The position numbers were made by a program, and so were the translations under genes. A model generated the notes under the pieces. It saw nothing but the letters and a program-made list of their open reading frames with translations. It did not search any database and was not told the DNA's origin. A DNA stretch of 64,000 nucleotides from Candidatus Hydrogenedentota bacterium (GTDB lineage: Bacteria; Hydrogenedentota; Hydrogenedentia; Hydrogenedentales; SLHB01). Below, one piece after another: positions 1 through 10,231 of the stretch. The stretch's first letter is position 1. Each line of letters starts with the position of its first letter. The stretch spans positions 256,001 to 320,000 of the forward strand of contig CAXXTH010000010.1 in assembly GCA_963668025.2 (NCBI GenBank). Direction: 5' to 3'.

Positions 1-329
1 TACTAAACCAAGCGGTGTTGCGGAACACAACCCACGCTTGCATCCTTTGGGTGCAAGCACTCAGCCACTCTCTGAGTGGCCAAAGCAAAGCCACGTCCTC
101 TGGGCGTGGTTTTTTACTGGAGGCCTGGCCATGCAGGAAATCTCGTATAGACCAAACCACACATCCGTATCTTCAAATGAAACGAACTAGAAGACATGAA
201 AAGAAAGTGATGTCTGAATCGAGCGAAATCATCGAATCGCGCACTCATTCGCCATTGTCTTAAGAGGGGCTCCAATGGGCTTTTTGTCGGCGATACCTCC
301 GGCTTCGGCCCTTGGCTAGCCGCCGATCA

Positions 330-378
330 ATGCGAGCGGGCGCGCCCGATATCTTCAATACCGATCAGGGCAGCCCAG
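330..378 (+). pseudogene. Tiny IS3-family integrase-core remnant
   Basis: Translates MRAGAPDIFNTDQGS, matching the IS3 rve motif P(E/D)IFNTDQGSQ; cut off by a REP doublet at 379. Confidence 0.45.
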
Positions 379-435
379 TTGTAGAGTGGGTTCTGCCCCA
401 CCGATCAGAGCGGTGGGGCAAGCCCTACCCTACAA
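379..435. repeat. REP doublet (GTAG-type, family A)
   Basis: ttgtagagtgggttctgccccaccg (379-403) and its imperfect reverse complement cggtggggcaagccctaccctacaa (411-435); a related unit gtagggtggggcttgccccacc is at 20455-20476. Confidence 0.75.
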
Positions 436-535
436 ATTTTAGTGTATTTAGTGGCCTCAAAATCCAGCCTTTTGGTTGCGGCCATGCCGCACCGTGTTTC
501 TTCTGCACTTTGCACCTTTTATGGCTATTCATTGC

Positions 536-1321
536 TTATACAGTCGCCTTCGTGGCCCCTGTCGAGATGCCGCCATCCACCAGCAGCGTCTGTCCCGTCA
601 CGTAGACGCTCGCATCAGATGCCAGGAACACCACCGCTCCATCTAAATCATTGGGCTGGCCTGGCCGCTTAAGCGGGATGCGGTCGCACAAATAATCCAC
701 CCATTGCTGGTTTTCATACAGCACGGCATTTTGTGCGGTCTTGAACCAGCCGGGAGCAAGGCAATTGACGGTAATCCCATGAACGCCCCAATCGTCGGCC
801 AGGCTCATGGTGAGCTGGCGGACGCCGCCCCGGCTGGCGCAGTACGGGCTAATGCCCGCGTACCCCGCCACGCACGTCACGGAGCCGATGTTGATGATGC
901 GGCCATACCGGTTCGGAATCATGCCCACCCGCGCCACGGCCTGCGCTACGAAGAACGTGCCCCGCAGATTCGTATCGAGCACCCGGTTCCATTCTTCCCA
1001 GGTGATATCCACGGCGGGCTTGCGCACGTTACAACCGGCGTTGTTCACCAGAATATCAATCTTGCCATACGCCTGCATGGCCGTGTCCGCCATGGCCTGG
1101 ATGCTGCAGTAATCACACACATCGAGCGCCACCGGTACGGCCTTGCGGCCCAGGCATTCAATCTCCGCCTGGAAATCGTTCAAGCGTTCCGGTTCGCGGC
1201 TGGTGATGACAAGGTCTGCGCCCGCCTTGGCCAGCGCCCGGCCCATGTATTGCCCCAGCCCGCGGCTGGTTCCGGTGACAAGGGCCACTTTCCCCGTGAG
1301 ATCAAACAAGCTGCCTTCCAT
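536..1321 (-). CDS. SDR oxidoreductase, gluconate 5-dehydrogenase/KduD-like
   Basis: TGTSRGLG Rossmann motif, NNAG, YCASR (YxxxK variant), C-terminal YVTGQTLLVDGG. Confidence 0.9.
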   Translation of the reverse strand: MEGSLFDLTGKVALVTGTSRGLGQYMGRALAKAGADLVITSREPERLNDFQAEIECLGRKAVPVALDVCDYCSIQAMADTAMQAYGKIDILVNNAGCNVRKPAVDITWEEWNRVLDTNLRGTFFVAQAVARVGMIPNRYGRIINIGSVTCVAGYAGISPYCASRGGVRQLTMSLADDWGVHGITVNCLAPGWFKTAQNAVLYENQQWVDYLCDRIPLKRPGQPNDLDGAVVFLASDASVYVTGQTLLVDGGISTGATKATV

Positions 1322-1334
1322 TATTCACCTCCGT

Positions 1335-2375
1335 TTATTCACCTCCGTCCGGCTGCAATATGACTTTCATCAATCCTGGTTCTTTCGCATAGAGCCGCTG
1401 GAACCATTCCGGCCCCTCGGATAGCGGCGCGACAGCGCTCATCAGCGGCTTCACTTGAATCGCGCCACGGGCCATCAAATCGAGACACACTGGATATTCG
1501 CCATTCGAGGCGCAGGAACCGTTCAGCGTGATCTCCCGTGTCACAACGCTTTGCAGCGGCAATTCCGCTTGGGCGGAAAGATTGCCCACCAGCGCCACCA
1601 CACCGCCTTTGCGCACACACGCGATAGCTGTCTGCAAGGGCTTGGATGCGCCCACGACCTCGAACGCCGCATGCGCGCCGTATCCTTCAGTCAGCTCCCG
1701 CACACGCGCTGGCGTATTTTCATTCGCGAGGACGCCATGGCTGGCTCCCATAGACTTCGCCAATTCGAGCTTGCGTTCGTCCACGTCCACGGCAATCAGC
1801 ATGCCACAGCCCGCCGCCCGCGCCGCTTGCACCACCAGCAGGCCAATCATGCCCGCACCCACCACAACTACGCTATCGTTCAGATGCAAGCCCGCCCGCG
1901 CCACGGCATGCACCGCCACGGACACCGGTTCGGCCATGGCCGCTTCTTCGAGGGATACGCCATCGGGAACGCGGTATAGGATGTGTTGCGGCACTACCAC
2001 ATATTCGGCGAAGGCTCCATCACACCGGTATTCTTCGCATGAGACGCCCAGCACTCTCCGGTTATCGCATAGGTTGATGCGCCCCGATCTACAGAACGCG
2101 CATGCGCCGCAATAAATGGTCGAATCAAAGGTTACACGGCTGCCCGGACGCCAACAGGTGGCTTCCACGCCCGCTTGTTCCACCACGCCAGCGGCCTCGT
2201 GCCCCATGATAACCGGCGGACGCCGCCTGCCCGTCGAGCCGTCCATGCCATGCACATCGCTCCCACAGATCCCGCATGCGCCGACCCGCACCAGCACCTC
2301 TTTCGGCCCCGGGGAAGGAGTGGGGACATCCTCGATGGCGAATTGGCGGTATGCGGTAAGGACCAAAGCCTGCAT
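1335..2375 (-). CDS. Zn-dependent polyol/sugar-alcohol dehydrogenase (MDR family)
   Basis: CGICGSD, GHE, structural Zn site CxxCxxCx7C, GAGMIG; start set at MQALVL after a GGAGGA RBS. Confidence 0.9.
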   Translation of the reverse strand: MQALVLTAYRQFAIEDVPTPSPGPKEVLVRVGACGICGSDVHGMDGSTGRRRPPVIMGHEAAGVVEQAGVEATCWRPGSRVTFDSTIYCGACAFCRSGRINLCDNRRVLGVSCEEYRCDGAFAEYVVVPQHILYRVPDGVSLEEAAMAEPVSVAVHAVARAGLHLNDSVVVVGAGMIGLLVVQAARAAGCGMLIAVDVDERKLELAKSMGASHGVLANENTPARVRELTEGYGAHAAFEVVGASKPLQTAIACVRKGGVVALVGNLSAQAELPLQSVVTREITLNGSCASNGEYPVCLDLMARGAIQVKPLMSAVAPLSEGPEWFQRLYAKEPGLMKVILQPDGGE

Positions 2376-2553
2376 CTGGCATCCTCCCATTTCGTATAAG
2401 TATAGCAAATTATAGGCTATTATAAAATCACAAATAAGTCCGATATTGACATATCCGTCTGATTCTGATATAGCTTTACCCAGTCTCCGGCCTATGGAAT
2501 GCCGGATTCACAACAGCATATCACGCATGCGCCGCGAATTGGAGGAGAAACAC

Positions 2554-3801
2554 ATGAGCGATGCACGCCGCCCTTCCACGCTTCATCCCCGGACGGACTG
2601 GTTCCGCGATCTGGGATTTGGCATGTTCATTCATTGGGGTCCTTATAGTGTTCTGGGCCGTGGTGAGTGGGCGATCCATGACGAACGCATCCCGCCGGAG
2701 GAATACGACGAGATCACGCGGCGCTTCACCGCCAGCAAGTTTGACGCCCGCGCCTGGGTGGAGCTGGCGAAGGCCGCAGGCATGAAATATATCGTGCTGA
2801 CTACATGCCACGGCGACGGGTATTGCCTTTTTGGCACCAAAGCCTGCGCACGCAACTCGGTGGACATGACTCCCAAACGCGACCTGGTGCGCGAATACGT
2901 GGAGGCCTGCCGGGAAGGGGGCCTCGGGGTGGGATTCTACTACGGCATGACGACGTGGTATGAAAACGCCAAACGTTTCGGCACGTTCGACATCCGCTCG
3001 AATCCTCTCGAAAATCCCGCGCGGCGGGAAGGCTGGAAAAGCTTAATGGCGATGAAATATGCCTTATTGCGTGATATTTTGTCGAATTATGGCCCTATCG
3101 ATATTTTATGGCTCGATGACCTTCCCCACGTAGGCGAATCCTACGACGCCGAAGGCATGTACCGGATGGTCCGGGAGTTTCAACCTAATTGCATGCTGGG
3201 CGAGAACACGCGGGGCTGTGGCAATGGCGACTTTGATATCGCCGAGGAGCGCTTCCTCGATTCACCTCCGGAGCGCCCGTGGGAATTGTGCATGCCCATC
3301 GCCGTGCGCTGGGGTTATCATCGCGGCGACACGGATTACAAATCGATTCGCCACATCCTGAGCCTGTTGCGCCGATGCGCCAGTGGGCGGGGCAACCTGC
3401 TATTGAACACTGGCCCCTACGAAGATGGCCGCATGCAGCCGGAGCAAGAAAAAATCCTGCGCACCGTAGGCGCGTGGCTTAAGCAGCAAGGCCAATCCGT
3501 GTTCGGATGCAAGAGTGTGTTCCCCGGCCACGCGGAATGGGGCGATGCGGCATCGACGGATGGCAAATATCTCTATCTGCATGTGGACCGCTGGATGGGC
3601 GAGCAATGGGCCTGCGGCGGCCTGCAAAACCAGGTGCGCTCGGCCACCTTGTTAAGCACTGGGGAGCCGGTGGCCTTCGAGCAGCAAGCGCCCAATCGCA
3701 TCATTTTCAGCGGGCTTCCGCTGGACCCGCCGGATCCCAACTGCAACGTATTTGCCATCGAGACGGAGGGCAAACCTGACCTACATCCTTGGATGGAATA
3801 G
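2554..3801 (+). CDS. Alpha-L-fucosidase (GH29)
   Basis: WF..GFGMFIHWGPYS, AGMKYIVLT, DILWLD nucleophile region, WGY, GNLLLNTGP; GGAGGAG RBS before 2554. Confidence 0.88.
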   Translation: MSDARRPSTLHPRTDWFRDLGFGMFIHWGPYSVLGRGEWAIHDERIPPEEYDEITRRFTASKFDARAWVELAKAAGMKYIVLTTCHGDGYCLFGTKACARNSVDMTPKRDLVREYVEACREGGLGVGFYYGMTTWYENAKRFGTFDIRSNPLENPARREGWKSLMAMKYALLRDILSNYGPIDILWLDDLPHVGESYDAEGMYRMVREFQPNCMLGENTRGCGNGDFDIAEERFLDSPPERPWELCMPIAVRWGYHRGDTDYKSIRHILSLLRRCASGRGNLLLNTGPYEDGRMQPEQEKILRTVGAWLKQQGQSVFGCKSVFPGHAEWGDAASTDGKYLYLHVDRWMGEQWACGGLQNQVRSATLLSTGEPVAFEQQAPNRIIFSGLPLDPPDPNCNVFAIETEGKPDLHPWME

Positions 3802-3871
3802 TTTACTGCGCTTGTGGTTCCGCTGCACCCATTCACCCGAGGTGCAGCGGCGTCCGGACATGCGATTCTAA

Positions 3872-5917
3872 TTACCGTTTCACGCGAAGCTGGATGATCG
3901 TATCCACGGGATCAATCTCGATATCCCGCACATCCACCATGACCCTATTTCCACATTGCTCGAATCCCAGCGGTTTGCCGGAAGGCACAAGCGCCGCTTC
4001 GCCCGCCACACCGGGGAATGGGTCAATGTCGAGAAATCCCCGTTCATGAAGGCCCCGCTTGCCCAGGGGATTCGCCAGTATATGCAGGTAGACATCACCG
4101 GTATTCTGGCTTAAAACAGCATATCCCCAGTCCATATTGGGCAGCTCCAGCGGGAGTGTCTGGTAGATAGAATCCCGGCGCGGTTCGACCCAATCACCGA
4201 TCTGGCGCAGCATCTCGACTGTATTGTGTCCTTCTTCTAGAAACGGCGTCGCGTCTAAATCAAAACCTCGCAACGCTTTTAAATTCGCTGGCTCCGCCAG
4301 CATGGTAATTAACGCCCGGCACCATTCTTGCGCATCCATATATCCCATCCAAGGCAATTTCCACGAGTCAGCAGGCAGATATTTCACGCTATTTCCCAGC
4401 GGCGGATCCGATGGCCACTGCCCCCAATAAGAGTCTGTTTTGAAAGCCCCATGCACTTGCACCATATCCAAATCTCCTACTTCGTATTCCCTGGAGCGAA
4501 TCTCGGCGTTTACAGTGATCAGGCAGCCTGGATCCAGAGCGCGAATCAAGCTATATAAGGCGTCGAACTCGACGGTATCCTGGTCCGGTTTGCGAAATCC
4601 CCCATACATTTCATCAAACCACCACAGTGCGGGCTTGTTTTGTGTCATGTAGTACTCAAGCGCTTCGTGCATGTGGTCGGCATGGGCTTTGTAACTGGGG
4701 GCCTGATCCCGGAAATCCTTGAAGCTCATGTACTGGGCGAACCGGATGCCTGCATCGAGCAAGGCTTGCCGGTACCGGCGCATATCAGGAGTATTCACAA
4801 ACTTAAGAGAACCATTCGGCTCGATGTCATACTTCGAAAACACCGTGTACGCCTGCCAGGCATACCCGATTCGCTGCATAAGGGCGATCTGTTCTTCAAC
4901 ATGATCAAACGTCCAAATATTCGGGCCTTCTCCATGGTGGCGCAACCCCCCTACGCGGGTCGATTTCTCCCACCATTCAGCGGTCGGACGTACCGCCACT
5001 TCGAGCGGCAGGACTATTGCCGCTTGTTGAGGCGGATTGGAACTGTCCGTGACCGTGAGCGAAACCATATGTGTTCCCAGCGCGCTGCTTTCGCCTAAAA
5101 ACTCGCCATCGGCGGGATCCAGCGAGACGCCTGGCGGCAGCCCTTCAGCCATCCATGTGTATGGAGGGGTTCCGCCACAGGCCAGCATGCGATACGGCGA
5201 AGCGCTGGCGTTATCCCAGGGATATTTGCCACTGGGATTGCGCACGGAGAGCCAGACATAAGGCTGGCCATCGTAAGCCTTTGGCAAGGCTTGCGTTTCG
5301 ATGGCGGGTGCATTGCCTGGCCCTTCAATGGACCACTCCGTTCCTTGCAGCGCGGCTCCTTGAGAATCGGTGAAGCCCAAGTAGAATCCCCATATCCGGC
5401 GGTCATTTTCGATTGCAGCGAGTATGCGGTTCCAGCCTTGGGATAAATGGACGGGCTTCGACGCCGTGTCCCGCATGGCCTGGCGTGTTTCGGATTGCTC
5501 GAACACCACTTCTCCATCGAGCCAAACCCGGCCCCGATCATTCACGCTGAACCACAACAACACCTCTTGTGCGCAAGGTGACCAAAGATAACCGCCGCAA
5601 TACGCTGATTTGTGTTCGGTCCCGCTGCCCGGCCCATCCATCCGGCCTTTCATGAAGAAGGTATAGAGGTCGTTGTAGTCGTCCTGATTACGGCAATACA
5701 GCCGGTCATCGAAATACCGCCATTCTTTGCCGGATGCTTTTGCCCCAAGCCGGGGAGCCAACTGCCCAGCTTCTTGGACCGGCTTTCCTTCGGGAAATGG
5801 GCCTAGTACGGCCCAAGTGGTGATTCGGTGGGCAAGGGGTGGGGCATATGCATCCAAAGCTTGACATGCGAAAGAAAGGGATAACAAGAACCATGTAATC
5901 GCCATGCGCGCAGCCAT
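3872..5917 (-). CDS. Secreted multidomain glycoside-hydrolase-like protein (beta-domain, Ig-like domain, GH29-like barrel)
   Basis: Signal peptide; WAVLGPFP...NDRGRVWLDG beta-domain; GGTPPYTW..GLPPGVSL putative Ig repeat; LWWFDE and a fucosidase-like C-terminus (WGYAV..VYLHI..DPVDTII). Confidence 0.65.
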   Translation of the reverse strand: MAARMAITWFLLSLSFACQALDAYAPPLAHRITTWAVLGPFPEGKPVQEAGQLAPRLGAKASGKEWRYFDDRLYCRNQDDYNDLYTFFMKGRMDGPGSGTEHKSAYCGGYLWSPCAQEVLLWFSVNDRGRVWLDGEVVFEQSETRQAMRDTASKPVHLSQGWNRILAAIENDRRIWGFYLGFTDSQGAALQGTEWSIEGPGNAPAIETQALPKAYDGQPYVWLSVRNPSGKYPWDNASASPYRMLACGGTPPYTWMAEGLPPGVSLDPADGEFLGESSALGTHMVSLTVTDSSNPPQQAAIVLPLEVAVRPTAEWWEKSTRVGGLRHHGEGPNIWTFDHVEEQIALMQRIGYAWQAYTVFSKYDIEPNGSLKFVNTPDMRRYRQALLDAGIRFAQYMSFKDFRDQAPSYKAHADHMHEALEYYMTQNKPALWWFDEMYGGFRKPDQDTVEFDALYSLIRALDPGCLITVNAEIRSREYEVGDLDMVQVHGAFKTDSYWGQWPSDPPLGNSVKYLPADSWKLPWMGYMDAQEWCRALITMLAEPANLKALRGFDLDATPFLEEGHNTVEMLRQIGDWVEPRRDSIYQTLPLELPNMDWGYAVLSQNTGDVYLHILANPLGKRGLHERGFLDIDPFPGVAGEAALVPSGKPLGFEQCGNRVMVDVRDIEIDPVDTIIQLRVKR

Positions 5918-6071
5918 ACTTATCCTCCTCTACGTACATGCACCCAAGGTAAAAAAAAGCAAATAGCAAGCGTATTTTAAAGAATAAATCTATCACATAT
6001 TGAGTATATCGTCAAGCAAAATAACCATATCCAATTAAAGGATGCTATTTTTAACTTTTAATCCAAAATGC

Positions 6072-7322
6072 TCACCCAGCAAGCTCATGGATGCAGCGGC
6101 GGGCCATAGCCGCCCATTCGGCCAGACGGCTGGGTTCGCCCAATACGGTGCGGATGTCTTTGAGGATGATTTCGACGGAAGCGCCGCGCGTGATATTGAG
6201 GATACGCCGTAAATCTGCTTCGGCGCGCTCCAGCTCCCACGTACGTTCCGCCAGAAATGAGGGGCTTGGTTTGATGGACAGGACATACCGCTCTCCTGCG
6301 CCTTGTTCCATCGCGGAGTTCAGATCGGCCCATGGACTCATGGAGACCTTGCGCAAGCGGGGTATCTGCTTCAAGATATGCAGCTTCTGATGGAGGGGTT
6401 CGCAGCAGCCATAATAATTGAGTCCAAACTGCGCCAGCCAGCGCAATTCGTATTGCAGTGCGAACGTTTCATGCATTTCCGGTGATACGGCGCAGAAGAT
6501 TTGCGCCGCCGCACATCCCCATTGCTGGAGGGGTTGGACGGGCTGATGCCGTTCCGTGGGCGCAGGCAGCGCACCGCAAAACGCCAATCCGCCTGAACCC
6601 GTGGTGTTATCACCCGCGTTCGGTTCCAGCGCGCCTTGGCTTTCGAGTTGGCGGAGGCGGTACAGGTATGCGGATACCAGCCGTTCGATGGCGGCATGCA
6701 CCAGCTCCGGGCGCAGCGCCATATCCGCAAGCGCCTGTTCGACTCCATACCATCGGATAAGCTCGTCCCATGGGGCGAACCAGATGCGTCCTGCGCCCCG
6801 CACGCAAACTGGCAATATGCCTTCAAAGATAGCGTCCAGTCCGGCCCGGCGCTGCTCGGTGGCTGCCCAATCCACGATGACTTCGGGCATTTCTATCTTG
6901 GCCACATCGGCTTCGCAGGTGATCTGCGGGGTGAAATGTTGGGTGTAGATGGAACCGCCGGGGGCTAGGCGGGCGTCGCCGGTTTGCTGGATGCCAAATC
7001 CGGAATCTTGCACCACCAGCGGGCAGATAATGCCATGCTCCACCACCATGTCTCCGGGGAAATGCCGCCACTGGTACAACGTGCGGCGAAGGCGCTGCTC
7101 GACGCCGTGAAGCGCGGGGTCCGCACAGGCAAGCGCTAGTTCTCCAGCTTGCTCGAATTCGCTCCACGGAACTTGATAGATGAACAACGCGGGCTGTGTG
7201 GCGCGTTTTTCATTTACTCCACGCCATAAGGCCCGGCGTTCTTCCTGTTCGGGCCTGGAAGCAATCTCCGCAATCTCCGATGCGAGGCGGCGTAACACAT
7301 CCCGGTCTTGCATGCATGCCAT
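6072..7322 (-). CDS. Uroporphyrinogen-decarboxylase-fold hypothetical protein
   Basis: G.EQAL.DM...PELVH, VSPEMHETF, YYGCCEPLH, KVSMSPWAD motifs typical of URO-D/methyltransferase-like proteins; start set by GAAGG RBS. Confidence 0.7.
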   Translation of the reverse strand: MACMQDRDVLRRLASEIAEIASRPEQEERRALWRGVNEKRATQPALFIYQVPWSEFEQAGELALACADPALHGVEQRLRRTLYQWRHFPGDMVVEHGIICPLVVQDSGFGIQQTGDARLAPGGSIYTQHFTPQITCEADVAKIEMPEVIVDWAATEQRRAGLDAIFEGILPVCVRGAGRIWFAPWDELIRWYGVEQALADMALRPELVHAAIERLVSAYLYRLRQLESQGALEPNAGDNTTGSGGLAFCGALPAPTERHQPVQPLQQWGCAAAQIFCAVSPEMHETFALQYELRWLAQFGLNYYGCCEPLHQKLHILKQIPRLRKVSMSPWADLNSAMEQGAGERYVLSIKPSPSFLAERTWELERAEADLRRILNITRGASVEIILKDIRTVLGEPSRLAEWAAMARRCIHELAG

Positions 7323-7402
7323 AAGGGTATCCTTCAACTGAGCGGCCACGGGAGCCGAAACCTCCCGTGGCCTCACATGGAGTGCTTTATGTAAAAATAC
7401 GC

Positions 7403-8539
7403 TTACTTGCCGATGCGCTTGCGAATCATGGCCACCGCACTGCCCGCGCATCCCGCTCCGAGAAGCGCCAAGCCCAGGAGGCCCGCCACCGGCACGGCCG
7501 ACGCCGAACCTGTGGAAACTACTAACGTCACCGTCTGGCCGGACGCTAACGCCGTGCCCGCTTCGGGCTCCGTACGGATAATGTCGCCCGCGGGAACGGT
7601 GTCACTGGCTTCTTGTTCCACTTCCACGACATAGCCCGCGTCTTCGAGGGCCGTTGTCGCTTCGCCTTGGCTCATACCCGACACACTCGGCACGGTTCCG
7701 CCGCCACCCGCTGTGTATTCGATGATCAATTTTGGGTGGGAGTTGGGCGTGGCTTCACCGTCAATGTTCGCATTCTGGTTGATCATACCGACATAATAGG
7801 TGCCGCCGCCCTTGGCAAAATTCACCAATTCCGGGCCTGCTCCGAAAAGAAATCCCGCATCCACGCCCGTATTCGCCACGCTTTGGAGATAGGCGATGCC
7901 TTCGGCGCTAAACGGGCATTCCACCATCGCATCCAGCACCAAATCCCCTTCGCCATTGTTAGCATAAGTGAATCCGCCGCTGACGCTCACGGAACCCGTG
8001 GCGATTGGGCTGTCGAAATCGCCTACGTTGTAATCACCTGCCACACCGGGATCATCCGGATGGCCTTTTGGAAACAGGCCGGCGTCCACATTCGCCCAAT
8101 CCGTGGAGTCGCTCAAGCTTTCAAACCATACACTCGAGCCTACCCATGCGGCATTGGCGGCAGCGACGGGCCAGCACATGTACGTATGCGGATCTGGCCA
8201 TGCGCTTGGCGTGCCCGCCGCGCGAATCATGCCGCCGGAAACAAAGGTGGCGCTGGTGATTGTAGAGCCTGACGGCAAGGCGGAGAGATCAAACCGCGAC
8301 AGGTAATATCCCACCGTCACACCTGAAACGACATTGCCTGTCCACGGTTTCCCCAACTGGCTGTATGAATCCGAATACAGATTCTCGGGGGGCTGTTTGT
8401 GAATGACGAAGCATCCGTCATGCGTATACTCAGCGGCTGGCGATACCCCTTGCTGCAACACCAGCGTGTCGGCATAACTGATGCCGCAAATGAGCATGGT
8501 TATGCCCGCCATAATAAAGCACAAAGCCGACTTTTTCAT
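7403..8539 (-). CDS. Secreted DNRLRE-like/PASTA-domain protein with C-terminal membrane anchor
   Basis: Signal peptide; RFDLSALPSGSTITSAT and PKLIIEY (DNRLRE/CBM96-like); VPSVSGMSQGEATTALEDAG..VTLVVSTG PASTA; VPVAG-hydrophobic-RKRIGK tail. Confidence 0.75.
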   Translation of the reverse strand: MKKSALCFIMAGITMLICGISYADTLVLQQGVSPAAEYTHDGCFVIHKQPPENLYSDSYSQLGKPWTGNVVSGVTVGYYLSRFDLSALPSGSTITSATFVSGGMIRAAGTPSAWPDPHTYMCWPVAAANAAWVGSSVWFESLSDSTDWANVDAGLFPKGHPDDPGVAGDYNVGDFDSPIATGSVSVSGGFTYANNGEGDLVLDAMVECPFSAEGIAYLQSVANTGVDAGFLFGAGPELVNFAKGGGTYYVGMINQNANIDGEATPNSHPKLIIEYTAGGGGTVPSVSGMSQGEATTALEDAGYVVEVEQEASDTVPAGDIIRTEPEAGTALASGQTVTLVVSTGSASAVPVAGLLGLALLGAGCAGSAVAMIRKRIGK

Positions 8540-8973
8540 TGGTATTCCTCCTCCTGTTTTCCTGGCCAGGATATCTGGCCTTATCTGGATTCACCTGCCC
8601 TCTATCCCATCATAGAGAAACGCAACCGCCCTCTTTGATAGTCAATATTGGATTGAATTTTAAGTTAAGATTGACTATATCTTTGCATTTTGTATTTCAT
8701 TTGTCAAGCAGAAAATCGTAAAACATGAAAAATGTGTTTATTGTTTGCATTCGGAATGGGAACCATTGGTGATGAGTAGGTGAATATACGGATGAATAAA
8801 ACGTGTTTTATATGTATTCATTGATGTATAAGGAGGGAGATGGTGGGACTATCCTCTTAACCGCAGACGTTCGCCCGTACTGCGTTTTTTCGCATAGACT
8901 GAGTATCCCGGTAAATGGCGGATTTAGGATCTGGGCAATGTTATGGCTGGAGGACTGAAGCTAGAGCCGTTTT

Positions 8974-9867
8974 TTATGTATTCACGATTTGTACGCCGCG
9001 CTCCGCATCGCGGATGCGGGTGCTGATAAGGCCGATCTGGCCATATTCGACGCCCATATGCCGGGCCACCACCTCGCATTTGGCCCGTAAAATCAAAAAG
9101 ACATCGCCGGGGTAATCGTCGATGGTCTCGTAATTGCCTTGGCCTTTGCCGATAATCAGGTCCGCCTGGTCCATGCGTGCGCGGAATTCAGGGGTGATGA
9201 GGCTCAATGGCGTGCCGACATACGCCCCGCCATTGCTGATGACTTCGCACACCTCCGCCAGCCCCACTTGCACGGCGTCTTCCATGAGCGCGTCATTGAT
9301 GATGGGCCCGCCCTTCACTACGGCGGTCACATGCGTATGCTTTTGCAATTCCTCGATCAGGATCTTATCAAAGACGATTTCCCCGGCATTATCGAGGAAG
9401 AAGAGCAGATCCTTGCAATGGCGCAACGATTCGAGCAGCGCGCCGGTGTGGTCCACTGCGAAGCTCTGGCTCAAGGCATCCTCGATCGCGGCATGCACAT
9501 CAATATGCTCTTGCTGCATGGTGCCCAAATCAATGATGTTGCCCGCCGCCGCCAGATGAAGCGCTGTCACGAGGGGTTCGGTGCTATGCGCCATAATGGC
9601 GCGTAATTCCGGCACGAGGCTCATGGCGTGGGCGTTCTGTTCATGGCGAAGTTCACGGTACGGATCGGAGTTGCCAGAAAACTGTGCCGTTAATTCATAG
9701 GCGCACAGTGAGATCACGGACGGGGATTCATCTATATCGAGCGTAGGAATGCGGAGGGACACTTCATCCAGAATTCGTCGCTGTATCGCGGGATCATCCG
9801 TGGCCAGGCGCGCGCAGCGCAGCGCTTGTTTCACTACACATTCCAGACAGTCAAGTGTCGATTTCAT
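8974..9867 (-). CDS. DUF89/ARMT1-like damage-control metal-dependent phosphatase
   Basis: N-terminal DCLEC, GNIIDLG, DNAGEIVFD, PIINDA, KGQGNYET, LRAKC motifs. Confidence 0.9.
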   Translation of the reverse strand: MKSTLDCLECVVKQALRCARLATDDPAIQRRILDEVSLRIPTLDIDESPSVISLCAYELTAQFSGNSDPYRELRHEQNAHAMSLVPELRAIMAHSTEPLVTALHLAAAGNIIDLGTMQQEHIDVHAAIEDALSQSFAVDHTGALLESLRHCKDLLFFLDNAGEIVFDKILIEELQKHTHVTAVVKGGPIINDALMEDAVQVGLAEVCEVISNGGAYVGTPLSLITPEFRARMDQADLIIGKGQGNYETIDDYPGDVFLILRAKCEVVARHMGVEYGQIGLISTRIRDAERGVQIVNT

Positions 9868-10231
9868 GATATGCAAAGCCTTTGTATCGGTTTTTGCCAA
9901 TATGGTTCATATGGGCAGGGCTGCGTACGGACAATGCTGTAAACGAAAAAACAGTTGTGAAGCATTTCCAGGCATTTAGAGCGATAATACGGATTTTCCG
10001 GCATGAATGCAAAAGCCCGGATGCAGCATGGAATGGGCCTCACACCCATGCGGTTTTCGCTGGCCAGTCGTCCCGTCTTGCCCACTAGAAGACACATCAA
10101 TTGGTTAAAGTGTTACGAACAAATTGACCTATCTGGCGGTCTCAAGTAGAATGGAATCATGCGTTGCGGGCAAAGGGTTCGGGTCAGGCAATATAGGACA
10201 ACGGGCGCGCAATGCTGGAAGGTGAGGTTAC

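Noticed and set aside
15-263. 82-aa ORF at the window start
   Set aside because: No RBS or recognisable motif; cannot be supported.
8560-8960. AT-rich intergenic region as a riboswitch or ncRNA
   Set aside because: It looks like a promoter region; no recognisable aptamer or stable structure.
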